Of a stretch of DNA of 64,000 bases, positions 34,496 to 49,646 are shown one piece after another; within the stretch, counting starts at the first letter, position 1; the number at the start of each line of letters is the position of its first letter. The stretch comes from Takakia lepidozioides (Eukaryota; Plantae; Bryophyta): positions 37,262,001 to 37,326,000 of the forward strand of contig CM060734.1 of assembly GCA_030704615.1 (NCBI GenBank), written 5' to 3'. The notes beneath the pieces are model-generated. The model searched no databases. It worked only from the letters and a program-made list of their open reading frames with translations, and had not been told where the DNA came from. The position numbers and the translations under genes are program-made.

Positions 34496-36999
34496 ACATA
34501 AAAAAAAAACGAAAAAAACATGTAGGCTGCTATCTTGTCAATGGAGTAAATATAGTGATATAAAAATTTAAAAAAAAAAATCCTTAATCTAAGTCAGTTC
34601 TGGACTTGACATGATGCGACATCCGATGTGATGCTGACGTATTTGCACCATGTCACGTCATAATTGACAATCGAACACATTAGATGTCCAATTTACCCAA
34701 TGACATCCCCTTTCTATGGGTGGACTATAATGGGTGACATCCAATAGTATATACTTTTTTACTTTGAACCCACCACCACATATAATTGAGTCTTGTATCT
34801 TAACCACCATAGCATATGTTGAATGTTTTTTAAATGCGATATAATTGAACTATTTGTGACCTACAAACCTCTCAATTAAGTAGCTTGGCGGTTTTTCTAA
34901 CTCCCTTTGTCTCTCTCCCTACATCAAGCTTTATATCTTAAATAATTGATATATTATGTAATATATATTTGACATATATATCTTTTGAGTTCATCCCTAA
35001 AAAATATTTGTCATTAGCTGCAAAAATACGTCACAAATTTACGAGCAACTTTGAGATTATACATATATCAAATGGAAGAGGAAAATATGAATATTATTAA
35101 GTTTTATTTTAATATTGTCATGATCCATGCAATGCTGTCAACAATATTTTATGAAGCGATATCATGTCTGTCCTCACCATAAGTATGATTTGTTTTTAAA
35201 GGTTGTATTAAAAAATAGATAAGAGAAGAATACCCAATTAGTTTTGAAATAGTAATTTATAATTTGAAACAATTCCAAAAGTAGCATTCTCTTGAATATA
35301 ATTCTTTGAATGTTTTAAACAACATCACCTTGAGGACGCAGTTTTCATAATAATAATAATAATAATAATAACATATTAGTATCTATACATATTGATTATT
35401 TTTATTGAAATTCCTTAATGTAAAATATTAAAATACGTCAAGTATTGAATTAGACCATGATAAACATATATGAAATCATGCCAAAGGAAAACAACATGCT
35501 CAATACTCACTTTATAATAGAATGTGATTGACAATATGAAAATGTCAACTCTAAGATACAACTTTAATCTTCAGTAAATATTAGACATGAAGAGATGCGG
35601 CATGGTATTGTTTTTACATTATTACATTCCAATTAGATTTGGCATGATAAATTTTAGCTCTAAAGCTAAATTTTCTTAAATGCAGGTTGAGATTAAACAA
35701 TCCACACAAAAACTTGCATCCATTAATTTGTATGACCTAGTATCTTCAACTTTCAGCATGTGGAAAAAAAATGATTTTAGTGGTAACATATTTCAATTAT
35801 CATCACTTGAAATGAACTGGTCCGATAGTACCTCTTCAAATAAGTAGCATGATGTAGACATATCTAAAAGCTGAATGTTCTAAAATAATTTGCATGATTT
35901 TGAATATACATATACACTATGTAATATGAGCTCTTGTGATGGTTGAACCAATTTGTACTTACAAATTGGAACAACATAATTATATTAATGGGAACATTTT
36001 AATAGGTCTAATAGAGCATATACCTTGCTTTTTGTCCTCTTTTTGTGGAAGATATCCAACAATGGCACATCCCTAAATAATAATCAGCCCAAACACTTCT
36101 ATGATTTGGTTTTAGTTTTACCAAAAAGTTCTTTCACCAACTTTGTGGGTTTTCTCCCCTCTCATATTTATATTCACGAGTAAAATCTTATAGACATTAG
36201 CTTGTAATTAGTGCAGAAATAACATCTTACTGTATGTACTAGTTCATTTTTTAATACTTTTAGTAATTTATCGAGTTGCGCCTCTATGGATTTTTGGATA
36301 ACGAGTTATTTTTCCTGTCTTAATTTGAAGTAAAAGGGCCTCTGTCCCCTTTAAAATAATAACAGATATAATAATAACTTACAACAAACCAATGTTATAG
36401 TGACCATATGGCATGGTCTACGATGATATGGTATAAGATTGATATGTCATAGATTATAATAGACACTTTGTTTTTCCTCTTTCATTTTACAAATTCTAAT
36501 TAATTAATTTTTTCTACATGTAAATAAAGTCTATGAGAACTTAGTCATTAAATATAATGTAATATTATATACGTTTATTATTTTAAGCCATTTATAATAT
36601 GAATATGTTTGAACCATTTCCAATTGGTCTCTGTTCCTAATTGAGATTGCATTGTATTATGATCTAGGAGAGAAGAATGAATTATCTTGGCACAATGAGT
36701 GCTATAACAGAGTACTATTGAGTAATGTTTCCACCGCTGACAAGCAAATATAAAAACTTCAATTGGAATCACTATGCATTGTTTTTAAAATATGTTTAGG
36801 CATTTTTATACATCAAAATTCAAAGAATATTTGAGTATTGGTGACCTATGAAGAACACATGTAACATTAATCCTATACAATGCTATGGTATGTATTGGTT
36901 ATTTGGTAAAACATTTTTGTGACACAACAAGTGTAGATCACTTGTTGATCATCATGTGATGGAAGAAAAGTGAAGTATTTTTTCTCCTCTATAAGAGAG

Positions 37000-38378
37000 A
37001 TGGGTTTGGATTATTATCGTATTTTGAAGGTTGGCAAAGGGGCACGTGATGATGATTTCAAAAAGGCTTATCGAAAATTGGCAATGAAATGGCATCCCGA
37101 TAAAAACCCCAAAGACAAAAAGTCGGCAGAGGCCAAATTCAAAGAAATTTCTGAGTCTTTTGAGGTGTGAGTGTGATCAATATTCTCATTTCATTGGAAT
37201 AAACGGTAAACTAAACATACTCAAACTATGTGTACCTCTCTCCTGATTCCGATCTCTTTAAGTTTATTTTAGAATCAAGTTGGTTTGATCACATGAATAG
37301 TGATTCTCCTCCCTTACATATCTTCCCTAATATGTTATAGGTGTTAACTGATCCTCATATGCGAGCCATTTATGATCAATATGGAGAAGAAGGATTGAAA
37401 GGAAATGTCCCAAACCCAGGTTCGGGAACGCGAGGCTTTTCCAATGGCGGATCAACAAACATGTTTCAATTCAAACCCCGAAAAGCACAAGACATATTTG
37501 CCGAATTTTTTGGTGGTGCATGCCCATTTTCTGGCATGGGAGGCATGGCTTGCATGGATAGTCGGGACGTAGATACCCCAAAGGATGATGCCATGTTGGG
37601 TGGTTTTGGTAGGGCAGGCAATATATTCCGTTCATTCGGAGGAGCTGGACATCATGCTCATGGACCTCCCAAAGCACCACCAATCGAGACCAAGTTGAGA
37701 TGCACTCTTGAGGAATTGTACAATGGGTGCATAAGAAAGATGAAGATTTCAAGAAATATTGCTGATCCGAGTGACCCAAAAAACGGGTATTTTCATTAAT
37801 TTTCCACGTAGTACAATAATTTAATTTTGCCCACTTCCTCTATGCTTACCATTCATTTAGTTGAATGTAATTGAGCTGGTTGAGCTCATTGATGTAGCTA
37901 GTACAATAATTATAAATGGGTTTTTAATTGATTTGTGAGCAGGAAGACATTTCCAATCGAAGAGATCCTCACATTGGAGGTGAAACCTGGTTGGAAGAAA
38001 GGCACAAAGATTTTTTTCCCTAATAAGGGCAACGAACATCCCGGAATGTCGCCTGCGGATTTAGTGTTTATTATAGACGAACGTCCACACGAAACTTACA
38101 AACGTGATGGGAATGACTTGATTGCAATTGTAAAGATATCTCTTAGTGAAGCTCTCATAGGTTCTACGGCCACGTTGAACACTCTTGATGGAAGGGTATT
38201 AAACATTCCTTGCTTTGAGATTATCTATCCTGGATATGAAAAACATGTTCAAAAAGAGGGTATGCCAATTCAAAAGGAGCCTGGGAAGAGAGGAGACCTC
38301 CACCTCGAGTTTGATATCAAGTTTCCACTGAAGTTGACAAATGATCAGAAGACAGGTGTCAAAAAACTTTTTGGATGA
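37000..38378 (+). CDS. Class B (type II) DnaJ/Hsp40, 3 exons (37000-37164, 37341-37786, 37943-38378)
   Basis: J-domain with WHPDKN, G/F-rich linker, C-terminal domain ([20 protein letters not shown]); GT-AG junctions in frame. Confidence 0.93.
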
Positions 38379-40880
38379 TTAGTCCTAACTATCTTTTTGA
38401 AAATTAAATCAGAAAATTAATCAGTTTTATTGAAAGATAATTATATATATATTGGAATTATATTTTATAGAGAATTAACACAAAAGGATAGGCCCTATGA
38501 AAGTTTGAATGTCTAAGGAATTCTTACATCATTAGTTGAATCTGTTGAGCATTTGCACGAATATAACCTCAAGTTGTTTAACAATGTTGGCCTCAATGAT
38601 ATTTCACTTGAGAATATATTTTGAAATATTAATAGTTTTCAGATTGGAACTTATGCTTCGTAGCAGCCTGCTTTTCTCCTACCCATATGAATTATCCAAA
38701 CCGACTAAATTTTGCATTTTATTTTGTTATTTATAAAGGGAAATACCGGGGAGCGACCGACTACAATGGATCAATCGCATTTACTCATAGCTCATCATGG
38801 GGGAGGGTGGGGTTGTGGCCGCCAATGGTCATCCAGCCTACCTCCCCAGGCCTCTACTTACGGCTTCTTGGTATCCTTTGCCTTTCAGGTGGTCTCTCTT
38901 GCAATCGTCTGGGCTCGTCCCTCGTCCATTGGATGTGTATTTGCCTTATGACATCAATGGGATTTTATCTTTTTCCCCTCTAATAAATTTAATGGCCAAC
39001 GCCTTTAATTTAAAAAAAATTGATCAGTCAATGTTGCACTTTTTTTTTCTACAAAAATACTTCTTAGGAAAAGGGGAGGAAGCCCTTGAGAGCTTTACTG
39101 ATGATTATTGAAGTGCACATTGAAGGGCACCCAACCTTTCAGTTTAGACCACCTCCAAAAGCTCTTCAAGCAATCATCCATGAATGGACGGATGAGAAAC
39201 ATCTGTTAGCCTTCCATCTGCTCTCGGCGGGGACCCGAACGTGGCAGCCTGTCAGACTGGCGGACGTCGGCAGCAGCATGTGCTCTCGCCAGACCCGCCG
39301 ACTGTCCGACGGTCGTGCCAGTCCTGCCACTCGTCGGCCACATCGACGATCGTCATCGTCGGCGCTGACGGTGACGCCCTCTGACGGACGTCGTCCATCC
39401 GCATGGGGATGTGGCGTGATCTGGGCCGCCACAACAAGTGTGGATCGCATACGAACAAACAGATTCTTCCACTTGTGTTGAAGAATCTGAGCAAATGTTT
39501 GCTGTGCTTGTCGTGATGGGCAACGCCAAGCGAGCTCGTTACATAATCGTGCCAGTCCGTGGTACCTTTCATCAAACTGTCCCACAGTTGCTGCGTCGTT
39601 CACAGACTTGTACAGCATGAATTTGAGTCTGGCAACCAGTGTCGCGGCCCAGTGTGATGACTTTGATTTGAATCGCTGTGTTGTTGCGATCTACTGTGAT
39701 GTCTGTCAGGTGAGCAGAGAGATAGGAGAGGTGATGATCATTCCATGCCGAGCGGAAACCTCCAAAACTTTGCTCGATCATTGTGTTAAGACTTAAGACA
39801 GAGGAATCATAGTCGGGGAGAGTGCACCTGTTTTGTGTTGCATTAAAGAAGTTGAATGAGCTTGAAGCTTGTCAACTTTGTCCTGCACCTACCCCTCAGT
39901 GTGCGTGGGCCCCCACTGATCACTCACCCGGCCAAAGGCATCAGCAACAGAGAAAGAGAAAAGCCCATGCTCGACTCTTGTCTTTCACAAACAGACACGG
40001 TGCAATCAGTTGTGTCTCGTTACACTAAAATATTTAAGTTTATCCAACAACTTCAAAGTAAAGTTCGAAACTTATCCCTATTTTAAAAAGGGGAAGTTTA
40101 AAAGATAAGGGAAACCCCGAAACTCCCTCCAAAAAAACAGTTGAAGAGCGGGCCAGGCGGAGACCCGGCATTCCTTCGGGGGCGAAAAGGGCGGGGCGCC
40201 CTCCGTTTCATGGCCCGGCGCTTCCTTCTTCGTTTTCGTTTCGGTGGAGGAGTGTCTTGAGAGCTGCCAGTCGCTGCAGACGAAGCTGTTGGGTACTGGA
40301 TCTTCCTCATTATTGTCTTTGTCTTTTCACTCTGCAGCCATGTATGTAGCTGCAGATTGGGAAGTTTTTTGTATCGCCTTTGGCTCTGCTGTTTGTTAAA
40401 AGAACTCTCAGTTAATAGCTAAGAGCTTTCTACATTCCTGGGTTGAGGTGCAAGGCTATTGTTCTCTTCATAATTTTCTGGAGCTCTTGTTCTACTGTGT
40501 TACATTAGGTTCCGTGGGCTGCAGAGGTTTCTGGGGACGTAGAATCGAACAGTGTCTCTATCATCTTAGTATTTCCGGCGGTCCTTCGTGCTGTCAGCGT
40601 GTAGATCTTTTGTTCTCGGTTACTTGCATTCCCCCAGGTGTCACCTGCTAGGTGCCATTTCCTCATTGCTACTAATTCTGCGTATTAATCTTTTTCTTTT
40701 TGACATTTGTCTCTTTCCCCATTCTTCTGTCTCTGCATTGCATATAGCACCAAGGAAATTGATAAGGTAGATGCAGCGAGGTAGTTATTTGCACGCACAC
40801 ACTAAAGCATTGACCACCAATTCCTTCTTGGTGAGAAGGCGGTGGCCAGGTAGTTGCGGGAGGGAGAGTCAGACACAGAC

Positions 40881-43800
40881 ATGGTGACCATGGATATCTG
40901 GCAGGTGGCCATCGTGTTGGGGCTCTCATTCGGGTTATGCCGATTGCTTCTTTTCTTAATTCCGCCGGCGGTTCCTCCCATCGAAGTGGATGCTTCTGAT
41001 GGTATCCTCTCCTTCTTGTCTCCATATCTCCCCCCCCCCCCAGGGTTTCTCTGTCCTCCTTATATGTAAAGCATCTCCCTTCCTCTCATCTTTCTTTCAT
41101 TGCCGCACTATCTCTATCTGTCTATTTCCTACCACTAGTTTGTGATCCTCAAAATTCACAACTTCCTCTCCTGCAGCTGCTTGTTGGGCAGTGATTGTCT
41201 GAGCTGCATTCTTAATTTGGTAACCAGTTTTTTTAATACATACTGATTTAAAGATGTCATTGCCACACGTCAAGAAAAGGGGCAGGGAGTGTCATATGAT
41301 GTTGAGGAAGAGGGGGATATGGGGAGGATAATGGAAGACTTCGATTTTCAGCAAGTGTTGTAGCAAGGAGAAAAGGAAGAAGTATGAATGTAAGATAGTT
41401 GAAAGAAAGTCACTTTCTCTTTTCATACTAATAATGCCAACGGCGCAGATGCGAATGAAATGTGTTGGAGACCTTCTACATCTGTTCTTAGATTACACTT
41501 CAAACTCATTTTGATGAGAGACATATCTTCTATGGTCTGAACTATGGCACTGATACGTTGAAAATGTACTTTAGTAGGGAAAGTCATCCTTTTCCTCACT
41601 TTGAAAATCTCTTGGCTCATGGTTAAGCTTATCGCAACCAGTTGAAGGAGGGAATAGCTCAATCACCAATTGCGGTGATGCATGGAGCTGGCATGAATGC
41701 TCTCAGCCTGAGGGGCCAAGATCTGTGGTATGCAAGTCGTTTTACTTGCACACAAACATTTAGTATACCAGCTTAGGCTGTCTTAAAATCAGAAGCTCTG
41801 GTTGGATCTCTTTAAGACGGAGAAAGGTAAGGTTTGGTTGTTTGCTCAAGTTCAGAGCACATTCGCTTCATAGCAAACAATCTTGCTTGAATGAAATCTA
41901 GCGAGGGAGAGAACAATTTAGGGTTAGGCTTCTGCCTCTATCCAAGGACTGAGGGAGCTGTGATGTCCAGGAAGTAAGCTGACTTTATATACTAGACCAA
42001 AGAACAGATATTTCTAAGCAGTTCAAAGACGGCAAGGTGAATGAGGTGCTGTCAGCACATCAAAAGTCTCAATTTGAGGGCACTTCTGGCGAATTTCCAT
42101 CATATGACTTCTCCATGTGGAATATGGTCATCTGGAGTTACAGCAAAAGTTTGTTTGCTTCTGATTGGACATGTTCTATCCATGTGCAGTAATGGTGAAA
42201 GAGGGCCAACCTTCCGAGGAAAGCTTCATCTACGTATGCTCTTGCACTCTACCCTTTGAAGAACTTCATGTTCCTTAGCTAGGAAAGTTGTACCTCCAAG
42301 CGTTCAGGCAACATGGAGCTCAATTCTAGCAAACCCTCGTTAGAACAATGTGGAGACAAAGTGTCAGTGTCCAGAAGCACAAGCCACAGACAGGTGACCA
42401 GGCAGACAATTTGTAGACATAAATGGAACTTCGACTGTGGGCGGTTTGATTTTGTTCTCTTTGGATGGGTTGTTGAGTGATTTTGAGGAGAAATCGGGGA
42501 GTGGACGTGAAGGGACCCATCCCTCTCCTGGGGCCTCACAAGCCTAGTCCCTGGTGAAGCTCAAAATGTGCCTAAAAGTCTGGTGGAAGTGGTTTCAGGG
42601 GTGTACTACTTCTATCTTGTTCTTTCTGAGCTGGTGCATCGTGATTGCAGATTCCACGGAAAGGAAAGGGTTCGGAAAGAGTGCAGTGCTATGAGCCTGC
42701 CACCATGAAATACTTGGGCTTTTTTCCAGCTCTCAGACCGGAAGATGTAAGTTTTTCTCCATGCCTTTGATTGGTGTCATCTTTAGGATAAGGAAAATTT
42801 GGCGATTTGGTAAAAGAGTATTTATAATATGAAACTCTCGAGGCTTTGGTTTCAGACAGCAAGCAACTTGTATATATCTCTTCCTGCAGAGGAAGGGCAC
42901 CACTTTTTTGTAATGGGAAATGCATCTCACCTGGAGTGTAATATTACCGAACCAAGCTATGCAATCCTCATGGGGCAAAGGGTAAACACAATTGTGGGAG
43001 ACAAGGTAAGGCAACATGTGAAGCAAGCGCGGGAAGCACAGAAAACATGGGCAAAAAGCAGCTTCGGCCAGCGTCGCCATCTTCTGCGAATCATGCTCAA
43101 ATACATTCTGGACCACCAAGAGCTCATCTGCCAGTAGGTACCTCTGTACCTTGTCTTCCCAGGTTCTTTCATAACTGAATCTGGACTGGAACAGTTCCTG
43201 TTTTGTGCATGGGTAGTTTTATTGGATAATTCAGGGTGAAAGTGTGTGGAGGACTGTTGTCATATCCTACTGTGTTGGGGCTTCCTGTTGTCCAATCTTT
43301 AGTAATTGTCTGGAGATTGACTGGGGTGAACTGTCATTTGCCTACATTCATACGTTTCTCTATATAAGTGCACATACAAACCTCAATATCTGCGGGAAGC
43401 AAATGGATTTTGCAAGGGACCTTTTGTCTTGTAGTGTAGTATTGCATCCATAAGTAACGATGAAAATCAGTGGTGTATTCTAAATCAAAACATCAGACGA
43501 AAAATGGAAAGTATGGTTAGTTTCTTTCTTATCGAAGGTTTGTAGCCCTTGATGAAAGAAGATCTCTGGGGGCCTTGTGTTTGGTGATGAACTTGAGCCA
43601 TGCAATTTGTATAGGGTGTCAGCTAGAGATTCAGGAAAGACCATGGTGGACGCGGCCTTAGGTGAAATTTTGACAACATGCGAGAAGATTAACTGGCTGC
43701 TGAAGGACGGTGAGCGCTGGCTCAAACCAGAATACAGGTGCTTCATTTGTTTGGTCCCTTTGTTTAGGTTCTGTTTCATCCTTACCACTGCGGCAATGGA

Positions 43801-46800
43801 AAGACTTCGGATCTGCACAAAACTGTTCAAGTGTTTGCTCTCATTTACCTCTCCCCTTCTTCCCCCGCCCTTTTAGCTTTCCTTCCAAGTTGGTGAGATG
43901 AATTCAGAGATACGGACTGTAAATTCACGGACAAACAGATAGAAGGCAGAGGTATAGGGAGTAAGGCAAAGAGTGAATGTATTAATCAGACTGCTTTGTC
44001 ATAGCTTTGTCGTCTGAGCTCGTTGGTGTGGGCATGGAAGGGAGATAGAAACCTTATGGAGGAAATGGGTAGAAGTGAAAGAGGGCTAGATTTGGAAGAG
44101 GCACTAGTGTGAAACTGGAGAGAGAAGGGGGGAATTTTATTGTGCTATTTATTGCAACAGTCGATATGCTTATACATCCGTGCAACGGCAGGTCATCGGG
44201 AACAGTAATGCCATATAAGTCGAATAGGGTGGAGTACCATCCTTTGGGAGTGATGGGGGCAATTGTGCCATGGAACTATCCCTTCCACAATATCTTCAAC
44301 CCTATGGTAGCAGCTGTCTTCGCCGGTAATGCCATTGTTATCAAGGTAAGCATGAAAAGTGTGAGATTTTCATGATTTGGGTCTTTATCTCTGTTACTTG
44401 GATCTCCATTTACCAACTTTGAAAGTCTCGAGGCTGAGCCAAAAGCCCAGGCCCTCCTGAGGCCTAGTTTTTGGGCAAATCACACACAGCAGATTGATGC
44501 TTGTGTGAAGGGATTTCTAGAGGATATCTGGAAAACCCGGATTAATTCTTTATATGGAGGTAAGTCTTACTACCAACGTCAGCCCCTGACAGAGGTAGGT
44601 TCTGTCCCTTTTGTTCCCGCTCAAACTGGGCGCGGGGTCAATGGCCACAAGGCTACGGCAAACAACGTCTTATGAGTACAATCTGATAGGTTGTTGGGCG
44701 GGCTATTTTGGTGGATCCCACATTTGCATCTAAGACATTGTTCCTTCCATTTTGGGGACATGAAATTGGAAGGTGTCAGAGCATGCAAGTTGGTCAGGGT
44801 GCTTCTACCTTCGCATTATCCAAGCGGCATTAGCGGCAGCTGGAGCTCCTCAAGACCTTGTTCATATAGTCACGGGGTAAGCTCATTACCCATGGTTATT
44901 GAAATGTTTATGAGTGATTACTGGCTTAGTTTTGGCAGTTTCTCGTAAGGGGGCCAAAGAGAAGGGGCCTAGATTGGCACTTGCCAGAATAATCCGTGAG
45001 AATGGCGATGATCAATCTCATCTTTCAATCAGAACAAGTTGATGGTGACTGCCTTGGTGGAAGGACTGGACAAGCTTCTCCTGGTCTTCATTGAAATGTA
45101 ATTCCAAGCACTTATGTTAGGAACTCAAGAAACACACGTACTTCTAAGCAGAAAGCCAGTTGTCTGTTTGGATGATGTAATTAAGTTTTCTGCCCCTATA
45201 CACAAGCAATCTTCTATCGGTTTGTATCTTCTCTGTCTTAAGGGAATGAGATTGTGGACCCTTGCAATTATAAGTGCTGTCAGTATTTTGCAGGAGATTG
45301 AAAGTAACAGCATGTGTCAGTGCACATGCCTGGGCCAGTGCGGCTCACATAACAATAATATTCCAGATTTATTTTGGACTCTGTCATTTAACAGGTTTTA
45401 GTCTCTGTTCATTTGTGGCAGGTTTGCTGAGACAGGAGAAGCTTTGGTGACCTCTGTAGACAAGGTTATTTTTGTTGGGTCTCCTGCTGTGGGCCAGAAG
45501 GTGGGTTGGAGGTTCCATTGCTCCCTTGAACTATTTGCAAAGTTTTGTTTGCAAAAGTTGTTCTCAATATGTACAAAAGTTGAGTCAATCATCGGTGATG
45601 AAAGCGAGTTATGGTGTTCAGCTAGCACTGCTGGTCCATGCTCTAGGATCTACAAGGTTGCAGTCCTGTGGGTTTGTTCGTTTGCTGTCTTGAAAGTCTT
45701 CACTTTTCCCTGTCTTGTTGCCTCTGAGATCTGTCCAAATGTAAGTTGTAAGTTTTACTCTTCATTTGAATGGATATATTGTGAGGCTTCAGATGCACTG
45801 TACTGTTTATTTTCAGGTTATGGAAGCTGCCGCCAAGACATTGACACCTGTTGTCCTGGAACTTGGTGGGAAAGATGCCTTCATTGTCTGTGATGATACA
45901 GATGTCTCTCAGGCATTCCCATAACCAACTTTCCTTTGCTTACTTTTTCTCTTTCAATTCAGGGACTGGAATACAGCCTTGCACGGCCTACTTTGTAAAC
46001 AACCTAGAACTGGTACAGAGATGGGGTCTCTCACTAATGAGTACATCTTTCCTTTCCCTTGCTATTTTTGTCCTGTCCAACGTGGGGTCTATGGAAAGCA
46101 ACATCTTTTGAGTACATCTCTCTCTCCTCTGGCAATCACCAAGACTTTGATTTTTGAGAGACACTAATATACACTTATGATTTATTACACATGCAGATTG
46201 TGCCCATAGCAGTGAGAGGGGCACTACAAGCTAGTGGGCAAAACTGTGCAGGTGCAGAACGTTTTTATGTGCATGCTGCTGTGTATGATAAGTTTGTAAA
46301 GGAAATCAGCAAAGTTGTAAAATCTGTACGCGTGGTAAGGGCCCTTCACTTTTTTTCCTCTTTGCTTTTGCAGTTGGCTTTTACTGCACACTTTTTTTTT
46401 TGCACTTGAAAGGCTTTCAGATGCTATCATCATCATTTCTCTCATTATAAAGTACCATTTCATTTCATTTCATTTCTCTCTCTTGTCCCATAAGCTCTTT
46501 GAGCTTTCTGCGGACGTTATGAAGTTTCATGTCATTATTGTGTGTGTGCCCCCTCATCCTTCTGTCCATTACTGCACGCTTATTTCTTTGCACTTGAAAG
46601 GCTTTCAGATGCTATCATCTTCATTTCTCTCTCTTGTCCCATAAGCTCTTTGAGCTTTCTGCGAACGTTATAAAGTTCTTATTTCATTGCTGTGTGTGTG
46701 TCCCCTCATCTTTTCCATTCTGCTTAGTCCAATGTGGGCGAGCGTGTCTGAACGCTACGGCAAGCACAATCTGTCGAACAGACTTGTGCATTTTATCGTG

Positions 46801-48926
46801 AGACTAGTGTAAATGGAATGTATATTAACACTCCCTTGCATGTAAGCACCTTTTCAGCTATCTATGTTCATTTCAGGTTGAGTCCCATATCTTTGGACTG
46901 GAACCCACAGGTGGGTCTGGGAGGGTTAGTATCCCACAGGATTTTTCCCTTTAAGGGTACATTGTAGTCTATATTCATAGGGAAAGGTTGAGGAGACAGT
47001 CGTCCCCACCTTTCTGCTTACCGGAAAATGATCTATAAATAACTCTTACCTGTGAAAATGTAAACAGGACTTGGTTGTCTACCGTGTCCCCCACTCCTAA
47101 TCTTCTGTCAAATTGTTCATGCAGGGCTTACCGCTAGAAGCTCAGTGCGATATGGGTGCTATCTGCATGCCAGAACATGTGGAAAGACTGCATTCCTTGG
47201 TCAATGAAGCTTTGGAGAAGGGGGCAGAAATTGTTGTTCGTGGAAAACATTTTGTAGGGGGAATAGGAGAGGAGCTTGTAGGTCAGTTCTACCCACCTAC
47301 AGTGCTTGTTAATGTCAACCACTCCATGCGTATCATGCAAGAAGAGGTATCTTCTCCTTCTCCTTCTCCTTCCTCCTCCTCCGTGCCAGAGGCCTTTAGT
47401 GATGACAACTCTGAAGTGCTTGGCAGCCTACCTGCATGACGCTCGCCGTCTTGGAGTTACGTTTGGGATTCTGAGGTTGTGGTTCTACTGTGCCCATAGA
47501 CTCTCCTATGAACATTGTAAACCCCTCGTCTGTCTACTTGTTTCCTGCTTTCTGGGCAGGGTGCAGGGTTGCAACCAGCGAAGTCAGTTGACACATCCTC
47601 TCTTCTGTGGATGTCAGATAATCATTCATTATTCACCTTTCTTTCTCTCTACCCACCTGGCCTTGCTGGCCTCTTTTTCCTCTCATCTCTGCCTCTCTTC
47701 ATTCAAAGGCTTCACTGGCTGTGATGCAGGTTGCTCCCATGACCGAAAGTTTGTTTCAAACTCTTGGTCAAATCCAAAGCAGCAAGTCTGGTTTTATGTT
47801 TTCTTGCTTGAAACATTTGGCCAAGGACACTGCAGCCATCTGCTTGACCGTCTATAGTTTTATTTTTGCAGACTTTTGGGCCAATTATTGCGATTATGAA
47901 GTTTGAAAGTGATAAAGCTGCCATTGATCTGGCCAACGACTCAAATTTTGGGCTTGGTTGTGCCGTTTTCTCTAACAACAAGAAGCGCGCTAATGCTATC
48001 GCTTCCCAAATCTACTGTGGAATGGCAGCAATCAATGACTTTGCCACTACTTACATGTCCCAGGTAAGCTCCTAATCATGACTTGTGTAGTCTTGCAAGG
48101 AGGACATCGATGGATGAGCTCCATTGTTCCAGACAAGCTCGGTGGTCACTGCCAGCCAATCCTAATCGAAGAATGTCCACTGCATAATTCAGTGAATTGG
48201 CTTGGGAGTGCATGGTGACTTATGCCTGGAATTCGCATGTAGGCACTTCCATTTGGAGGGGTGCGGAATAGTGGATTTGGCAGACTCGCGGGTGCAGAGG
48301 GGCTTCGTGGATGCTGCCTGGTGAAGGCAGTGACAGAGGATCGCTGGCCTTTCATCAAAACAGTCATTCCAAAGCTGCTCCAGGTACAAGTATCCGTGAC
48401 TAACATTCTGAAGCCTCATCCCTCACGGCCTCAAGCAAGCATGCAAGAGCACTCTCAGTTAGGAAATTATGACAATGGTTTTCTTAGTCGTACTGCTATT
48501 ATAAGGCAGGTTTGCACCCTTCTTACTCGAAGTCTTGAAAAATGAGTCTAGACAATGGGCCTGGTTCCCACTCTCGGTCCCTCCAGGGTTAACATTTGAG
48601 TTGGGAAGTGACAAAAGGCTTGCAGATCTGCTTTAAATGTCCTTGCCCCTTATGGTATGTGGAGTTGCTGTGCTTTCCCCTGAACTGTTGTGAGGGCCAA
48701 CCAAAACATGAATGTTTTAATTGATCCCTGGCAATCTTGTTGGGTGCAGTATCCAGTGGCAGACGATGCTTTTCAATTTGAGGAGGCCCTCATTCGGATG
48801 CTCTATGGCCTTGGAATTTGGGTTAAATTTGGTGGGTTGAAGGATGTCTTGAGAATCTTGTCTGCATACAAAGATGCAGCAGCCCGAAAGAAAAAAGAGT
48901 TACAGGTCCCATACTATGGTCAATGA
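40881..48926 (+). CDS. ALDH22A1: Aldehyde dehydrogenase family 22 member A1, multi-exon
   Basis: N-terminus [18 protein letters not shown]; [40 protein letters not shown]|TFGP, LPFGG. Confidence 0.93.
46355..46720. repeat. ~200-bp intronic tandem duplication containing the dispersed repeat
   Basis: tgcacttgaaaggctttcagatgctatcatc..cccataagctcttt occurs twice. Confidence 0.8.
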
Positions 48927-49568
48927 TCTTGCTCATCAAAACCTTGTTCATTTCATTATATCTCAATCATATGTGAACACTGTCACCAGATTTCTCATTT
49001 GCAAATACTGATGAGAGTCCACCCAAAAGTTTTGGCTATGAGGCCGTCCAGACGACATTCGAATAATCACTACTGTGTAAATTCTCTACAATGGTAGCTA
49101 GCGCTGACTGAAACATTCACAAATGAGAGTGGGCCCGATGACCATGACAGCATCACTTGCATCCAGAAAAAAGTTGGAAATGCTTTTCCAGAGAATGGAA
49201 GTTAAGTTGTGATGTTAAGTTGTTTGCCATAGCCTTGTGGCCACGTGGAAATGTTTTTGCAGATAGCAGATTAAGAAGGGTCCTCAGGGCTTACCATTGG
49301 TAGGTCAAGTATGGCAGGATTGCAGCATATGGTATGGAAATGGAAGTCATCCTCTAACTCCTACTTCGTGTCCATACTGCACACTTCGTGAGAAACTTGG
49401 GAGTCTGTTCCATTTATACAGGCTGCCTTAAGTCCACCGCAAAATTATCCATCCAGAGAGCTGGGACTAAGTGTTGGTTTGGTTGTTCTTGATCTCATAG
49501 GCCTGGCATCACGTAGGACAGGATGCAGCAGACAATACTCCTTTTGAGAATATATTTTCCTAGCCACT

Positions 49569-49646
49569 TACACATTGCCATGAATTCTGCAGGCAGCAAG
49601 CAAGGCCTTCCACTTAAGAGTAAGGGCATCTGGTTTGATTGGCATT
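49569..49646 (-). pseudogene. Isolated PPR S2/E1-motif fragment
   Basis: Translates MPIKPDALTLKWKALLAACRIHGNV, matching the equivalent region of the two PPR genes. Confidence 0.7.

Noticed and set aside
39480-39700. Rab-GTPase-like look of TVGQFDERYHGLA
   Set aside because: No in-frame P-loop or NKxD motif; likely chance.
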